From: Parcubacteria group bacterium GW2011_GWA2_40_23
Lineage (GTDB): Bacteria; Patescibacteriota; Patescibacteriia; UBA11705; JABHMO01
Assembly: GCA_000996245.1 (NCBI GenBank)
Contig: LBYP01000001.1
Span: 17,197-81,196, forward strand
Direction: 5' to 3'
DNA: 64,000 nucleotides
The notes under the pieces were generated by a model, which saw only the letters and a list, made by a program, of their open reading frames with translations, was not told where the DNA came from and did no database searches. The translations under genes were made by a program, and so were the position numbers. Shown piece after piece: positions 1-9,835 of this stretch (position 1 is the first letter of the stretch; every line of letters starts with the position of its first letter).

Positions 1-543
1 CCCCAAAAGGAAGCCAAAAAAAGCATATGAAATTAAACGTCCGATATTAAACGTGAGGTATGGCGCTAAGCCTTTTTGCGTTTTGGCGGCATTCCATTGT
101 TTTGTCATGGACAAGATTAACCCGCCGACTAATGCGGCACAACTAGAGAGGCCAGCGATAATGCCAAAGATAAAAAATAAAGGGAGGGAAGAATCTTCAT
201 TGACATTAACGATACTCGTCAGGCCAAGTTTGTTTAAGCCTAAAAATAATATGATGATACCGAGAGCAACACCAATGACTCCAAAAATATTTTTTGTTTC
301 CATCCCTTTTTGAACAAAAGGTTTTTCAGAGAACTGATAGCCGTCGCCGTTAAATTTATGGTTAAGTTGCTCGGCTGATGGGAATTCTCCGTTGTAATCG
401 ATCACGACAGTTTCGGTTTTAAGCGAAGCTTCAACTTTCTGAATGTTTTTGTTCTCCAAGAGCTCTCGTTCAATTAATATTTCGCACGATGGACAGTGCA
501 AACCTTTAACAAAGTAAGTTTTAGTTTTTAAATTTTCTGACAT
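1..543 (-). CDS. Heavy-metal-associated (HMA) domain membrane protein, partial (runs off window start)
   Basis: Manual translation from ATG at 543: MSENLKTKTYFVKGLHCPSCEILIE (GxHCxSC HMA motif), followed by hydrophobic segments; directly downstream of csoR. Confidence 0.8.
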   Translation of the reverse strand, partial: MSENLKTKTYFVKGLHCPSCEILIERELLENKNIQKVEASLKTETVVIDYNGEFPSAEQLNHKFNGDGYQFSEKPFVQKGMETKNIFGVIGVALGIIILFLGLNKLGLTSIVNVNEDSSLPLFFIFGIIAGLSSCAALVGGLILSMTKQWNAAKTQKGLAPYLTFNIGRLISYAFFGFLLG

Positions 544-550
544 ATTTTTT

Positions 551-823
551 TTATTTGTTAAATAATTTAGTGACTGTTAAAATTTCTTGAGTCATGTCTT
601 GCTTTTGCCTTTCATTTTTGGTGCTCATAGCATTTTTAAAACAGGTTTGCAGGTGGTTCTCCATAAGTAATTGATGGGCTGATTTTAAAAGTCCAATAGC
701 GGCTAAATTTTGCTGCATGACATTGATGCAATATTCATCACCTTCGATCATTTTGATTATCTTGGCTGTTAGACTGTTGGCTTTTTTGAAACTGATGAGA
801 GCCTTAGCTTTTTGCGTAGTCAT
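551..823 (-). CDS. csoR: CsoR/RcnR family metal-sensing transcriptional repressor
   Basis: MIEGDEYCINVMQQ...LMENHLQTC: C-H-C metal ligand pattern, 90 aa. Confidence 0.85.
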   Translation of the reverse strand: MTTQKAKALISFKKANSLTAKIIKMIEGDEYCINVMQQNLAAIGLLKSAHQLLMENHLQTCFKNAMSTKNERQKQDMTQEILTVTKLFNK

Positions 824-845
824 AATATAAGTTATTATTTATTTT

Positions 846-868
846 TACCTATACCCAGGGTATAGGTA
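846..868. promoter_or_regulatory. CsoR-type operator palindrome
   Basis: TACCTATACCC-A-GGGTATAGGTA: perfect 11-bp inverted repeat between the -10 box and the csoR start. Confidence 0.8.
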
Positions 869-869
869 T

Positions 870-897
870 AGTGTAGCATGTTTAAAAGTATTGTCAA
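870..897 (-). promoter_or_regulatory. Sigma70-type promoter of csoR operon
   Basis: TTGACA (897-892), 16 nt spacer, TGc-TACACT (875-870). Confidence 0.7.
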
Positions 898-920
898 ACC
901 AATAGTATTTTGTTCCTCGG

Positions 921-1002
921 CTAATCATGTTAATTATAGTAATAGCGTTTTGTTTCTAAAATAATCATGGTAATCATACAAATCATAGTTAATCATAGTA
1001 AG
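921..1002 (+). repeat. Short AATCAT array with ~9-nt periodicity (copy 1)
   Basis: taatcatggtaatcatacaaatcatagttaatcatagtaag; 980-1002 is identical to 16870-16892. Confidence 0.8.
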
Positions 1003-1020
1003 CGAAGCGCACTGATGCTT

Positions 1021-1052
1021 AAAAACAAAAAAGAGCCATCGTCAGCTCTTTT
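1021..1052 (-). terminator. Putative intrinsic terminator of ABC operon
   Basis: aaaagagc-catcgtca-gctctttt stem with T-run on the minus strand, just after the permease stop. Confidence 0.55.
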
Positions 1053-1063
1053 AAAAGCGTTGT

Positions 1064-2320
1064 TTACTCGTGTCCCAAAGCATCAATCGGGTTTTTATGG
1101 GCCGCTTGTTGCGCAGGATAAAGACCAAAAACTAGCCCCACAAAAACTGACATAAAGACTGCGGCCAAGATGCCTTTCCACGAAACGGAAAAATCCCAAT
1201 TGTAGCCAAGTAATTGCGCTATCACTGAAACTAAATACGAAAGTAAAACACCTAGTACAATGCCGACTAGACCGCCGATTGAGGTTACGATAACTGATTC
1301 AGCGAGGAATTGCCACAAAATGTTTTTATTTTTTGCGCCAAGAGATTTACGTAAACCAATCTCGGGCGTGCGTTCAGTTACAGATACATACATAATATTC
1401 ATGATACCGACTCCGCCGACTATGAGGGAGATGGAACCAAGGGCTAAAAGCAAAATTTGGATGCCATAGATAATTGTTCCGAGCATGTCCATGGCTTGTT
1501 CCATAGTAGTGATAGCAAAATCATCTTTGTCTGGGTCGGTTATTTTATGACGTTCACGCAAAGTTAAGGTGATGTCTTCGGCCGTACTTGAAGAAAGGCT
1601 GGTGTCATAGACTTGAGCCAAGATAAAGCTGACGTAATCAATGCCGAGAAGTCTTTTTTGGATGGTTTGTACTGGGATAAAAGCCATGCCATCCATATCT
1701 AGGGCAAAGCTAGCGCCTTTTTCTTTTAAAATACCAATTACCTGAAATTTTTCTGAACCAATTTTTATGGATTCACCAACTGCAGGGGAGTCACCAAAAA
1801 GATTGTTTTTAAGTTTTGAGCCTAAAACAACCACTTTGCTTAAAGTGCGATCTTCTTCGTTAGTAAAAAACCGTCCAAATTCTACTTCGCTGGTATCGAT
1901 ATCAATAAAACCAGCACCGCAGCCAAAAAGATTCGCTTTTTTAAATTCATTTTCATAACTCAAAATTTCTTGGCCCATGACAGCGGCATAATAGTTTTTG
2001 ACGTTGGGTAATTTGGCAATAGCTTCAGCATCAGTTAATTTTAAAGTTGTAATTACGGAGCCCCCCACCATGCTAAAAGAATTTTCGCTGGAAGTGTGTG
2101 ATGTTTGGGGAGTTTTTACTTCCACTTGAATATAATCTGTTCCAAAAGCCTGTACTTCACCAACAATAAATTGTTTAATGGCTTGTCCAATCGATAAAAC
2201 AGAAATAACTGCGGTAATACCAATGGCTATGCCTAAAATTGTTAATAAAGTGCGTCCCTTGTTTTTGTTTAGGGCGTTTTGTGCAATTTTAACTGAATTG
2301 ATGAGTAATTCTTTATTCAT
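1064..2320 (-). CDS. MacB/FtsX-family ABC transporter permease
   Basis: RTLLTILGIAIG, GGVGIMNIMYVSVTERTPEIGLRKSLGA and GLYPA motifs. Confidence 0.92.
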   Translation of the reverse strand: MNKELLINSVKIAQNALNKNKGRTLLTILGIAIGITAVISVLSIGQAIKQFIVGEVQAFGTDYIQVEVKTPQTSHTSSENSFSMVGGSVITTLKLTDAEAIAKLPNVKNYYAAVMGQEILSYENEFKKANLFGCGAGFIDIDTSEVEFGRFFTNEEDRTLSKVVVLGSKLKNNLFGDSPAVGESIKIGSEKFQVIGILKEKGASFALDMDGMAFIPVQTIQKRLLGIDYVSFILAQVYDTSLSSSTAEDITLTLRERHKITDPDKDDFAITTMEQAMDMLGTIIYGIQILLLALGSISLIVGGVGIMNIMYVSVTERTPEIGLRKSLGAKNKNILWQFLAESVIVTSIGGLVGIVLGVLLSYLVSVIAQLLGYNWDFSVSWKGILAAVFMSVFVGLVFGLYPAQQAAHKNPIDALGHE

Positions 2321-3548
2321 AATGAAGAGCTGAAATAGGATCTAATTTGGCGGCTTTTCTGGCTGGATATAAGCCAAAAATTAAACCAACAAGGGAAGAC
2401 ATAAAACAGGCGAGGATGATTGAACTTAACGTAATAACAAAGGTCCAATCATAGCCGAGCTTATTAACGACGATTGAGATGAGATAGGAAAGGAGAACGC
2501 CAATAACAATGCCAATGATTGCTCCGAGAGTAGTAATAACTAAAGTTTCCAATAAAAATTGATAAATAATTTGTTTAGCTTTAGCGCCGACGGCCTTGCG
2601 CAAACCAATTTCTTTAATTCTTTGAGTAACCGCTGCCAACATGATGTTCATAATTCCAATACCACCAACAATTAAAGATATTGAAACAATGGCCAGAAGA
2701 AAAAACTGGAGAGAGTTTGTGATGGTGCCTAACATCACTTGAGCATCATTGGTGTTGCGAACAGAAAAATCATCCTTGCCTGGGTCTTTAATATTGTGTC
2801 TTGTTCTTAATATGTTTTCAACTTCAGAGACAACATAGTCAGTATTATCTTCGCTATCAACTTTGATGCGCATAAATCCAATGTGCTTGATGCCCAAGAT
2901 TCTTGTTTGTGCCGTTGTCACTGGAACAAAAACCATGTTATCAACATTTTGGAAACCAGAAGTGCCTTGTGGAGCCATAATGCCAACGATTGTAAAGCTA
3001 TTTTGTTTGATGTTAATTTTTTGACCGAGCGGATCAGCGCCTTTAAATAAATCATCTTTTATTTGCGAGCCAATAACGGCCACGGTGGCGTTAGTTTTTT
3101 TATCTTCTTCTGTAAAAAAATCACCCGATTCTAATTTGGAATCAGCTATGAGAGGGTAGTCAGACGAAACTCCATAAATTGGTGTAACTGTTTTTTGATC
3201 TTCCCAAGTTGCGGTCTCAGTTGCACTAACATAAGAGCAAGCTGCCACGACGCTTGGTAGTTCTTTTTTAATCGCTTCAGTATCAGAATCTTTTAATGAT
3301 GTAATAACAACGCCAAAAACAGCGGCTGGAGGACCGTTTTCATCTGATTTTCCAGGAAGAACACCGATGACGTTTGAGCCGATGCCACGGATTTGGTTGG
3401 TAATTAAACTTTCAGCCCCAGCCACAACAGAGGTAATGGTAATAACCGAAGAAATGCCGATGATAATTCCCAGCATTGTCAAAAACGAACGCATTTTATA
3501 GCTGCGTAAGTTGGTAAATGATTGTTTGACTGTGGCGCGTATGAGCAT
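2313..3548 (-). CDS. MacB/FtsX-family ABC transporter permease (paralog)
   Basis: RSFLTMLGIIIG, GGIGIMNIML...RIKEIGLRKAVGA, GLYPARKAA. Confidence 0.92.
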   Translation of the reverse strand: MLIRATVKQSFTNLRSYKMRSFLTMLGIIIGISSVITITSVVAGAESLITNQIRGIGSNVIGVLPGKSDENGPPAAVFGVVITSLKDSDTEAIKKELPSVVAACSYVSATETATWEDQKTVTPIYGVSSDYPLIADSKLESGDFFTEEDKKTNATVAVIGSQIKDDLFKGADPLGQKINIKQNSFTIVGIMAPQGTSGFQNVDNMVFVPVTTAQTRILGIKHIGFMRIKVDSEDNTDYVVSEVENILRTRHNIKDPGKDDFSVRNTNDAQVMLGTITNSLQFFLLAIVSISLIVGGIGIMNIMLAAVTQRIKEIGLRKAVGAKAKQIIYQFLLETLVITTLGAIIGIVIGVLLSYLISIVVNKLGYDWTFVITLSSIILACFMSSLVGLIFGLYPARKAAKLDPISALHYE

Positions 3549-3549
3549 G

Positions 3550-4272
3550 TTATTTTTTTAATTCATCAGTAGCCGAGGCGATCTTGCGGCCTTGAACAAA
3601 TTGGTCAGAAACAATTTCGCCATCTTTAATTTTGATGATTCTTTTGGCATGGTCAGCTGTATCGCTTTCGTGTGTTACGATGATAATTGTTTTACCCTTG
3701 TCGTTTAATTCTTGGAGTAGATGCATAATTTGTCCACCGGTTTTGGAATCGAGGTTGCCGGTTGGTTCGTCAGCTAAAATAATATCTGGATCATTAACTA
3801 AAGCTCGGGCGATTGCAACTCTTTGTTTTTCGCCACCAGAAAGTTGGTTTGATAAATAGTCTTGGCGATGTTCCAGACCAACCTCTTTAATAGCGATTGA
3901 AGCAAGGGAATTATGCTTGGAAACTGCTTGTTTACTATAAATTAAGGGAAGTTTTACGTTTTCAAAGACAGAGGTACGTGGTAGTAAATTAAATGCTTGG
4001 AAAACAAAACCGATTTCTTTGTTTCTAATGTCAGCCATTTCATCATCAGTTAATTTTTCGATGTTTTGGCCTTTGAAGATATATTGACCACCTGTTGGTT
4101 TCGTTAAAAAGCCAATAATATGCATCAGCGTCGATTTGCCCGAACCTGATGGTCCCATGATAGCCACAAATTCACCCTTCTCAATAGTAAAGCTAGCTTC
4201 TTTTAGGGCTAGAGTTTTGACGTCTTCGTTTTCGTAAACTTTTTGTAGTTTTTTAGCTTCAATTAAAGTCAT
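3550..4272 (-). CDS. ABC transporter ATP-binding protein (MacB/LolD type)
   Basis: [25 protein letters not shown]; start placed at ATG 4272 (MTLIEAK) to avoid overlap with upstream gene. Confidence 0.93.
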   Translation of the reverse strand: MTLIEAKKLQKVYENEDVKTLALKEASFTIEKGEFVAIMGPSGSGKSTLMHIIGFLTKPTGGQYIFKGQNIEKLTDDEMADIRNKEIGFVFQAFNLLPRTSVFENVKLPLIYSKQAVSKHNSLASIAIKEVGLEHRQDYLSNQLSGGEKQRVAIARALVNDPDIILADEPTGNLDSKTGGQIMHLLQELNDKGKTIIIVTHESDTADHAKRIIKIKDGEIVSDQFVQGRKIASATDELKK

Positions 4273-4273
4273 A

Positions 4274-6031
4274 TTATTTTTGAGTAGTAGTGGAGACAAT
4301 TATGACATCGCCCACATTAATGCCTTCAAGAATTTCTATGTTTCCATTGGTGCCGCGAATTCCAGTTGTGACTTTTACTTCTTGAACTTCGGTGGTATTT
4401 TTTAGAATTCGAACAGTTTTATCTCCGTTGGTTCTGATAATTGCTCGTTGCGGTATAGTCACAATATCATTTTTTTCAGCTGTTAAAATATCAACATTAG
4501 CAGTTAAACCGGATTTAATGTTTTCATTCTCCTCTGTAAATTCAAGCGTGACTTTGTAAGTCGGAACGCCATCAATAATAGTTTCAGCTGGATCAACCAA
4601 AATTATTTTGGCTTCAAATTTGGTGTCGCTGCCAAAAGCATCAAGAGTTACAGCGGCAGTGTCGCCGATTTTTACGTTGGCAATATCAACTTCAGCTACA
4701 TTAGCTTCTATTTGGAAGTTATTATCAGAAATTACTTTAATAACAGTTGTGTTTGATTGGATAATTTCACCAACCTTAGCGTCTTGCATGACGACAATGC
4801 CATCAATTGGGGAAACAATATTGTTTTTAGCGATTTGAGCCGAGATGTTTCCGATATTAGCTTGGGCATATTTAATTTGAGCTTGTTGAGATCTGACATT
4901 GGCTTCAGCTAATTTAACCTGAGATTCTTGAGCATTGATTTGTTCTTGAGTGGAACCTGCGCGTTTGAGTAAGAGTGTGTTTTGTGATGATTGTAAAGTG
5001 TTTTGAGAAGTATTGACCGCGGCTAAGGCTGTAGCAATGGTCGAAGTGTTGGTTGCTTTCTGAGCTTTAATTGCATTTTCATTAGTGGCAATAGAAGTTA
5101 TTTGTGCATCTACATAGCTTTTTTGAGTATTGAGGCTGCTGATGTCGGTTGTGGAAAGTGGAGACAATGAAATCGCATTAAAGGTTTGACGTACTTGTTG
5201 CATGGCAGCTTTCGTTGCCGTTAATGCGACATTAATATTTTCTTCAGTCGGGGTTTGAAAGGCGGTGTTGACTAGTCCCTTGGCTCCGCCATTTAAACTG
5301 TTTAATCCTGAGTTGCTCATTCGTCCGGCATTGTAACCACCGAGTAATGAGACTACGGCAAAACTTTTCGCATCGGCGAGGCGGGTTCCTTCTGGAGTGG
5401 AATCTCCAAAATAAGTATTTTGTATGTCTGTAATTGTAAATAGAGCATAAAGACCAACATTTACGGCATCACTTAATCCGGCGTTGGTAACTTCAAGTTG
5501 TTTTTGTAGATCAGTTATGGCTTTTGTTTTAGAATTTTCATAAGCGATTTGGGCATCAGCTAAACTATTTTGGGCGCCGGTGACAGTTTCTTCGGCAATG
5601 ACCATTTCCTCGGGACGGGTGCCACTTTTAAGTTCATTTAATTTTGACTGTTGAGTCGCTAGCGCTGATTCGTAATTCATTAGTAGGGCACGACTACTCT
5701 CGAGAGAAGCAGCCGCTTGACTGCTTTGTGCAAATAAATCATTGCTAGTTAAACTAGCTAGTAATTGGCCAGATTTTACAACATCACCAACTTTAACATT
5801 GATTTTTGCGACTTTTCCGGGTTTTTCAAAGGCTAACTCAACATTATTGGCAGCTTTGACTGTACCAGTAACACTGACTTCTTGTGTTAAGTTCGATTTC
5901 TCTGCTACAACCGTGGTGTAAATGGGGTCTGTGTTCTTTCTTGATAAAAGGATTCCCCCAATCATAATAATTAAAATGATCCCGATAATGATGTAGAATT
6001 TTTTCAGCTTAAAAATTTTGGGTAGATTCAT
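4274..6031 (-). CDS. Efflux RND/MacA-type membrane-fusion adaptor with long coiled coil
   Basis: N-terminal TM helix, lipoyl-like VKVGDVVKSGQLL and SPIDGIV motifs, long helical hairpin. Confidence 0.88.
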   Translation of the reverse strand: MNLPKIFKLKKFYIIIGIILIIMIGGILLSRKNTDPIYTTVVAEKSNLTQEVSVTGTVKAANNVELAFEKPGKVAKINVKVGDVVKSGQLLASLTSNDLFAQSSQAAASLESSRALLMNYESALATQQSKLNELKSGTRPEEMVIAEETVTGAQNSLADAQIAYENSKTKAITDLQKQLEVTNAGLSDAVNVGLYALFTITDIQNTYFGDSTPEGTRLADAKSFAVVSLLGGYNAGRMSNSGLNSLNGGAKGLVNTAFQTPTEENINVALTATKAAMQQVRQTFNAISLSPLSTTDISSLNTQKSYVDAQITSIATNENAIKAQKATNTSTIATALAAVNTSQNTLQSSQNTLLLKRAGSTQEQINAQESQVKLAEANVRSQQAQIKYAQANIGNISAQIAKNNIVSPIDGIVVMQDAKVGEIIQSNTTVIKVISDNNFQIEANVAEVDIANVKIGDTAAVTLDAFGSDTKFEAKIILVDPAETIIDGVPTYKVTLEFTEENENIKSGLTANVDILTAEKNDIVTIPQRAIIRTNGDKTVRILKNTTEVQEVKVTTGIRGTNGNIEILEGINVGDVIIVSTTTQK

Positions 6032-6051
6032 ATAGTTTATTATTTTTGGTA

Positions 6052-6262
6052 AATGTTAGTTGCCATTAATCATATTAATCATGATAATCATTGTAATCAT
6101 AGTAATGTTCGTTGCCACTAATCATATTAATCATAAGAATCAGGGTAATCATAGTAATGTTTGTTGCCGCTGCTAATCATATTAATCATGATAATCATTG
6201 TAATCATAGTAATGTTTGTTGCCACTAATCATATTAATCATGATAATCATTGTAATCATAGT
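6052..6262 (+). repeat. Tandem array of four 52-55 bp units, each with four AATCAT-type submotifs 9 nt apart (copy 2)
   Basis: Units start at 6052, 6104, 6156 and 6211; consensus aatgtttgttgccac-taatcatat-taatcatga-taatcattg-taatcatagt. Confidence 0.92.
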
Positions 6263-6687
6263 CTTTCGTAATGCTTAAAAAGTTTTTGATATATATTAAT
6301 TAAATCTTTTTTGTCTTTTTCGTTTAGAGGAGAGAGAAAGTTAATCATTTTACTTTTTATGTTTTTCTGTGTTGTTTCCAGGAATTTTTTGCCCGTTTTT
6401 GTTAATTCTAGATAAACGTTACGACGATCTTGTTTCTCGTGCTTACGGGACAGTAGCTTTTTGTCTTCGAGTTTATTAATGAAACAGGTAATAGAGGGTG
6501 GCGTGATACCAAAAAGACGAGCCAGGTCTTTCATGCGGGTCTTTTCTTGACTGTTGATGAAGGAGAGGGCTTCAAATTGAATCATTTTTTCTGCTGAGAT
6601 TTGAGTGGTTTTTTGCAGTTGTGAGAAAATGAGGCGTTTTAGGTTAAAAATGGTTTCGATTAGTTGTTCTGTGTTTTGTGTAGACAT
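6256..6687 (-). CDS. MarR family transcriptional regulator
   Basis: wHTH with DLARLFGITPPSIT and DRRNVYLELTKTG. Confidence 0.9.
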   Translation of the reverse strand: MSTQNTEQLIETIFNLKRLIFSQLQKTTQISAEKMIQFEALSFINSQEKTRMKDLARLFGITPPSITCFINKLEDKKLLSRKHEKQDRRNVYLELTKTGKKFLETTQKNIKSKMINFLSPLNEKDKKDLINIYQKLFKHYERL

Positions 6688-6822
6688 ATTTAGTTTATCT
6701 AACTATTATGTTTTCTAAGTATAACAGGGCGGATAAAAAAAACAATGTTTGGCGTTGCGTGAAGATGCTTGGGTTTGTTTTGAAGTGTTCAATTGAAAAA
6801 GACAATTTGGGTGGTTTTTTGA

Positions 6823-6851
6823 TTGATTTTTTATCACAGATGATGTAAAAT
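6823..6851 (+). promoter_or_regulatory. Putative promoter of R-M operon
   Basis: TTGATT-17 nt-TAAAAT upstream of hsdM. Confidence 0.5.
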
Positions 6852-6889
6852 TGCATTAGTTTGTAAACAATTTAACTTTATTACTAAAT

Positions 6890-8341
6890 ATGTTCGAACA
6901 ATCCTTTAAAAACATTGATAATATTCTCCATACTGATTCTGGCTGTGGAACTGAGTTGGATTATGTTGAGCAAACGTCCTGGATTCTCTTTTTGAAGTAT
7001 CTTGATGACTTAGAAGAGACCAAGAAAACTGAAGCCGCACTTGCCGGTAAAAAGTATGAGTATATTTTGTCCTCTGAGTATCGTTGGAACTCTTGGGCTT
7101 GCCCGAAAAACGGAGGTGGCAAATTGGATCATAATAAATCATTAGACGGTGACGATTTGAAGGATTTTGTGAATAATAAACTTTTCCCATATTTGAAACG
7201 ATTCAAAGCTGAAGAACCAAATACCATCGAATATAAAATTGGAGAAATTTTTTCTGAATTAAAAAATAAAATCTCTAGCGGCTATAAGTTGCGAGAGATT
7301 TTAAATATTGTTGATGACATGCATTTTCGACTTTACGAAGAAAAACATGAGCTGTCGCATCTTTATGAAGCTAAGATCAAGAACATGGGTAACGCGGGTC
7401 GGAATGGTGGTGAATACTATACGCCCCGCCCTTTAATTAAAACAATTGTAAAAGTTGTTGCACCAAAAATTGGTGACACTATTTATGACGGTGCTTGTGG
7501 GAGTGCAGGGTTTTTGGTGGAAGCATATAAATATTTAACAGAAAATCAGGCCAAGCTTTCTTCTAAACAAATGGAAATATTACAGACAAAAACTTTTTAT
7601 GGAAAAGAAATAAAATCCCTCGCTTACATCATTGGCATTATGAATATGATTTTGCACGGCATTGAAGCGCCGAATATCCGCCACATGAACACATTGGCAG
7701 AAAACATTAATGATATTCAAGAAAAAGATCGGTTTGATATTATTTTGGCCAATCCGCCTTTTGGTGCTGGTATTGGACGAGAGATTCAACAGAACTTTCC
7801 AATTAAGACAGGTGAAACTGCTTTTCTTTTCTTGCAACATTTTATAAAAATTTTGAAAGCTGGTGGGCGAGCCGGTATTGTTATCAAAAATACTTTTCTT
7901 TCTAATACAGATAATGCGAGCGTTTCCCTAAGAAAATTACTTTTGGAAAACTGCAATCTGCACACGGTTTTGGATTTGCCTGGCGGTGCTTTTCAAGGTG
8001 CTGGGGTGAAAACTGTAGTTTTATTCTTTGAAAAGGGCGCGCCAACGAAAAAGGTTTGGTTTTATCAGCTTAATCTTGCTCGCAATCTTGGCAAAGGGAA
8101 TCCTTTGAATGAAAATGATTTGGTGGAATTTGTGGAACTGCAAAAAACTAAAGCAGATAGTGAAAATTCGTGGTCGATTGATGTGACAAAAGTTGATCAA
8201 AATACTTTTGATTTGTCGGTGAAGAATCCAACCAAAAGCAATGAGGTGGCTTTGAGAGAGCCGAAGGAGATTTTGGAGGATATGAAAAGTATTGATGATA
8301 ATGTAAAAAATATTTTGGAACAAATTGGGGAAATAATATAA
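6890..8341 (+). CDS. hsdM: Type I restriction-modification N6-adenine methyltransferase subunit M
   Basis: GEYYTPR, DGACGSAGFL and ANPPFG motifs. Confidence 0.93.
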   Translation: MFEQSFKNIDNILHTDSGCGTELDYVEQTSWILFLKYLDDLEETKKTEAALAGKKYEYILSSEYRWNSWACPKNGGGKLDHNKSLDGDDLKDFVNNKLFPYLKRFKAEEPNTIEYKIGEIFSELKNKISSGYKLREILNIVDDMHFRLYEEKHELSHLYEAKIKNMGNAGRNGGEYYTPRPLIKTIVKVVAPKIGDTIYDGACGSAGFLVEAYKYLTENQAKLSSKQMEILQTKTFYGKEIKSLAYIIGIMNMILHGIEAPNIRHMNTLAENINDIQEKDRFDIILANPPFGAGIGREIQQNFPIKTGETAFLFLQHFIKILKAGGRAGIVIKNTFLSNTDNASVSLRKLLLENCNLHTVLDLPGGAFQGAGVKTVVLFFEKGAPTKKVWFYQLNLARNLGKGNPLNENDLVEFVELQKTKADSENSWSIDVTKVDQNTFDLSVKNPTKSNEVALREPKEILEDMKSIDDNVKNILEQIGEII

Positions 8342-8359
8342 TAAATAATTTTATAAGGT

Positions 8360-9184
8360 ATGATAGATGAAACTATAAAGATTTCTCTTAATAAGGGTTA
8401 TGAAAATATAAAAAAAGTTGACGAAAATGGTGTTGAATATTGGCAGGCGAGGGAGCTGATGCCATTGTTGGGTTATGAGGTATGGCAAAAGGCCGAAGAT
8501 GTGATTGGTAGGGCTGCAAGGGCCTGTGTTAATAGCGGTCAGGCTGTGGATAACCATTTTAACCTTTCCAGTAAAATGGTTGAGATAGGCTCAAATACAG
8601 TCCGCGAAGTGCGTGACTGGAAATTGGATCGTTTTGCATGTTATTTAGTTGCACAAAATGGCGACTCGAATAAGCAGGAGATTGCTTTGGCACAGACCTA
8701 CTTTGCCATTCAAACCAGAAGACAAGAGATGTTCGAGCAGCTTACAGAAGATGATAAACGTTTATTTATAAGGGGTGAAGTATCAGATGAGAATAAGAAA
8801 CTGTTTAGCACAGCAAAAAGTGCGGGTGTTACTAAGTTTGGTTCTTTTAATGATGCTGGTTATAGAGGGCTTTATGGAATGTCACTCGTCGAAGTAGAAG
8901 AAAGAAAGAATGTCAGAAAGGGTGAACTGCTTGATAGAGCAGGAACGACGGAGTTGGCGGCTAATTTGTTTCGGATTACTCAAACAAAAGAAAAGATAAA
9001 AAAGGATAATATCCGTGGTGATTATGATGCGTCGCAGACTCATTTTATGGTCGGTGGCAAAGTTAGGCAAACCATAAAAGATATTGGAGGGACTACGCCA
9101 GAAAATTTGCCAGCGGAAAGACATATCAAAGAATTGAAGAGCAGAAAGAAGAAACTCTTAAAAAGGAATAACAGTGAGAATTAA
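8360..9184 (+). CDS. dinD: DNA damage-inducible protein D (BRO-like N-terminus)
   Basis: EYWQARELMPLLGY, RFACYLVAQNGD, AQTYFAIQTRRQE and ELAANLFRITQT motifs. Confidence 0.85.
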   Translation: MIDETIKISLNKGYENIKKVDENGVEYWQARELMPLLGYEVWQKAEDVIGRAARACVNSGQAVDNHFNLSSKMVEIGSNTVREVRDWKLDRFACYLVAQNGDSNKQEIALAQTYFAIQTRRQEMFEQLTEDDKRLFIRGEVSDENKKLFSTAKSAGVTKFGSFNDAGYRGLYGMSLVEVEERKNVRKGELLDRAGTTELAANLFRITQTKEKIKKDNIRGDYDASQTHFMVGGKVRQTIKDIGGTTPENLPAERHIKELKSRKKKLLKRNNSEN

Positions 9185-9190
9185 TTTTAT

Positions 9191-9823
9191 ATGAATGAAA
9201 AAATTTTACAAAAATATATTCAACTAATTAACGATGTCGATTCTTCTATCCGAGTCGCGTGCGATGGTTGGCCTGATACAACAGTTGTAAGTAGAGTTGT
9301 AACGGAGGCGATGAATTTAATAAAAAAAACCTGTGGCGAAGCGAGCGATCATTATATCCGTCTAAAAGAAATTACAAAAGGGGATAATTATCACCCCGAT
9401 AATGCAACTCAGTATAAAGGTGTCATAGAAGCTGCCTATAATGATTATAGGGATGGTTTCGCTAATCTTGATTTTTTTGTAAGAGCAGAAATTTTTGAGG
9501 ATTTTTTATCTATGGCTGAATATCTTCTTTCAGAAGGATATTATGTCCCAGCCGCATCTTTGGTTGGTGGTGTACTTGAAGATTTTTTGAGAAAATTGTG
9601 TGATAAAAACGTTGTTTCTTATCAGACGAAAACAAAGATTAATTCTCTGAATGTTGATTTGGCAAAAGCTGGTGTTTATACTGCTTTGGTCTCAAAAGAG
9701 ATTATTGCAAAGGCTGATATTAGGAATAATGCTGATCATGGTAAACCAAATGCATTTAACAAACAGGATGTTGAAGATATGGTAAAATGGGTTCGTAGGT
9801 TTATTGTCGATTTCTCACAATAA
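9191..9823 (+). CDS. DUF4145/HEPN-like domain protein
   Basis: FLSMAEYLL...PAASLVGGVLEDFLRKLC and C-terminal RNNADH (Rx4H) motif. Confidence 0.6.
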   Translation: MNEKILQKYIQLINDVDSSIRVACDGWPDTTVVSRVVTEAMNLIKKTCGEASDHYIRLKEITKGDNYHPDNATQYKGVIEAAYNDYRDGFANLDFFVRAEIFEDFLSMAEYLLSEGYYVPAASLVGGVLEDFLRKLCDKNVVSYQTKTKINSLNVDLAKAGVYTALVSKEIIAKADIRNNADHGKPNAFNKQDVEDMVKWVRRFIVDFSQ

Positions 9824-9835
9824 AATTTAAAAGAT

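Noticed and set aside
6052-6262. Possible CRISPR array (also 16708-16892)
   Set aside because: Units are near-identical along their whole length with no unique spacers, and no cas genes are in the window.
6691-6705. TAGTT-n5-AACTA as MarR operator
   Set aside because: Position is plausible, but 5-bp arms in AT-rich DNA are too weak to call.
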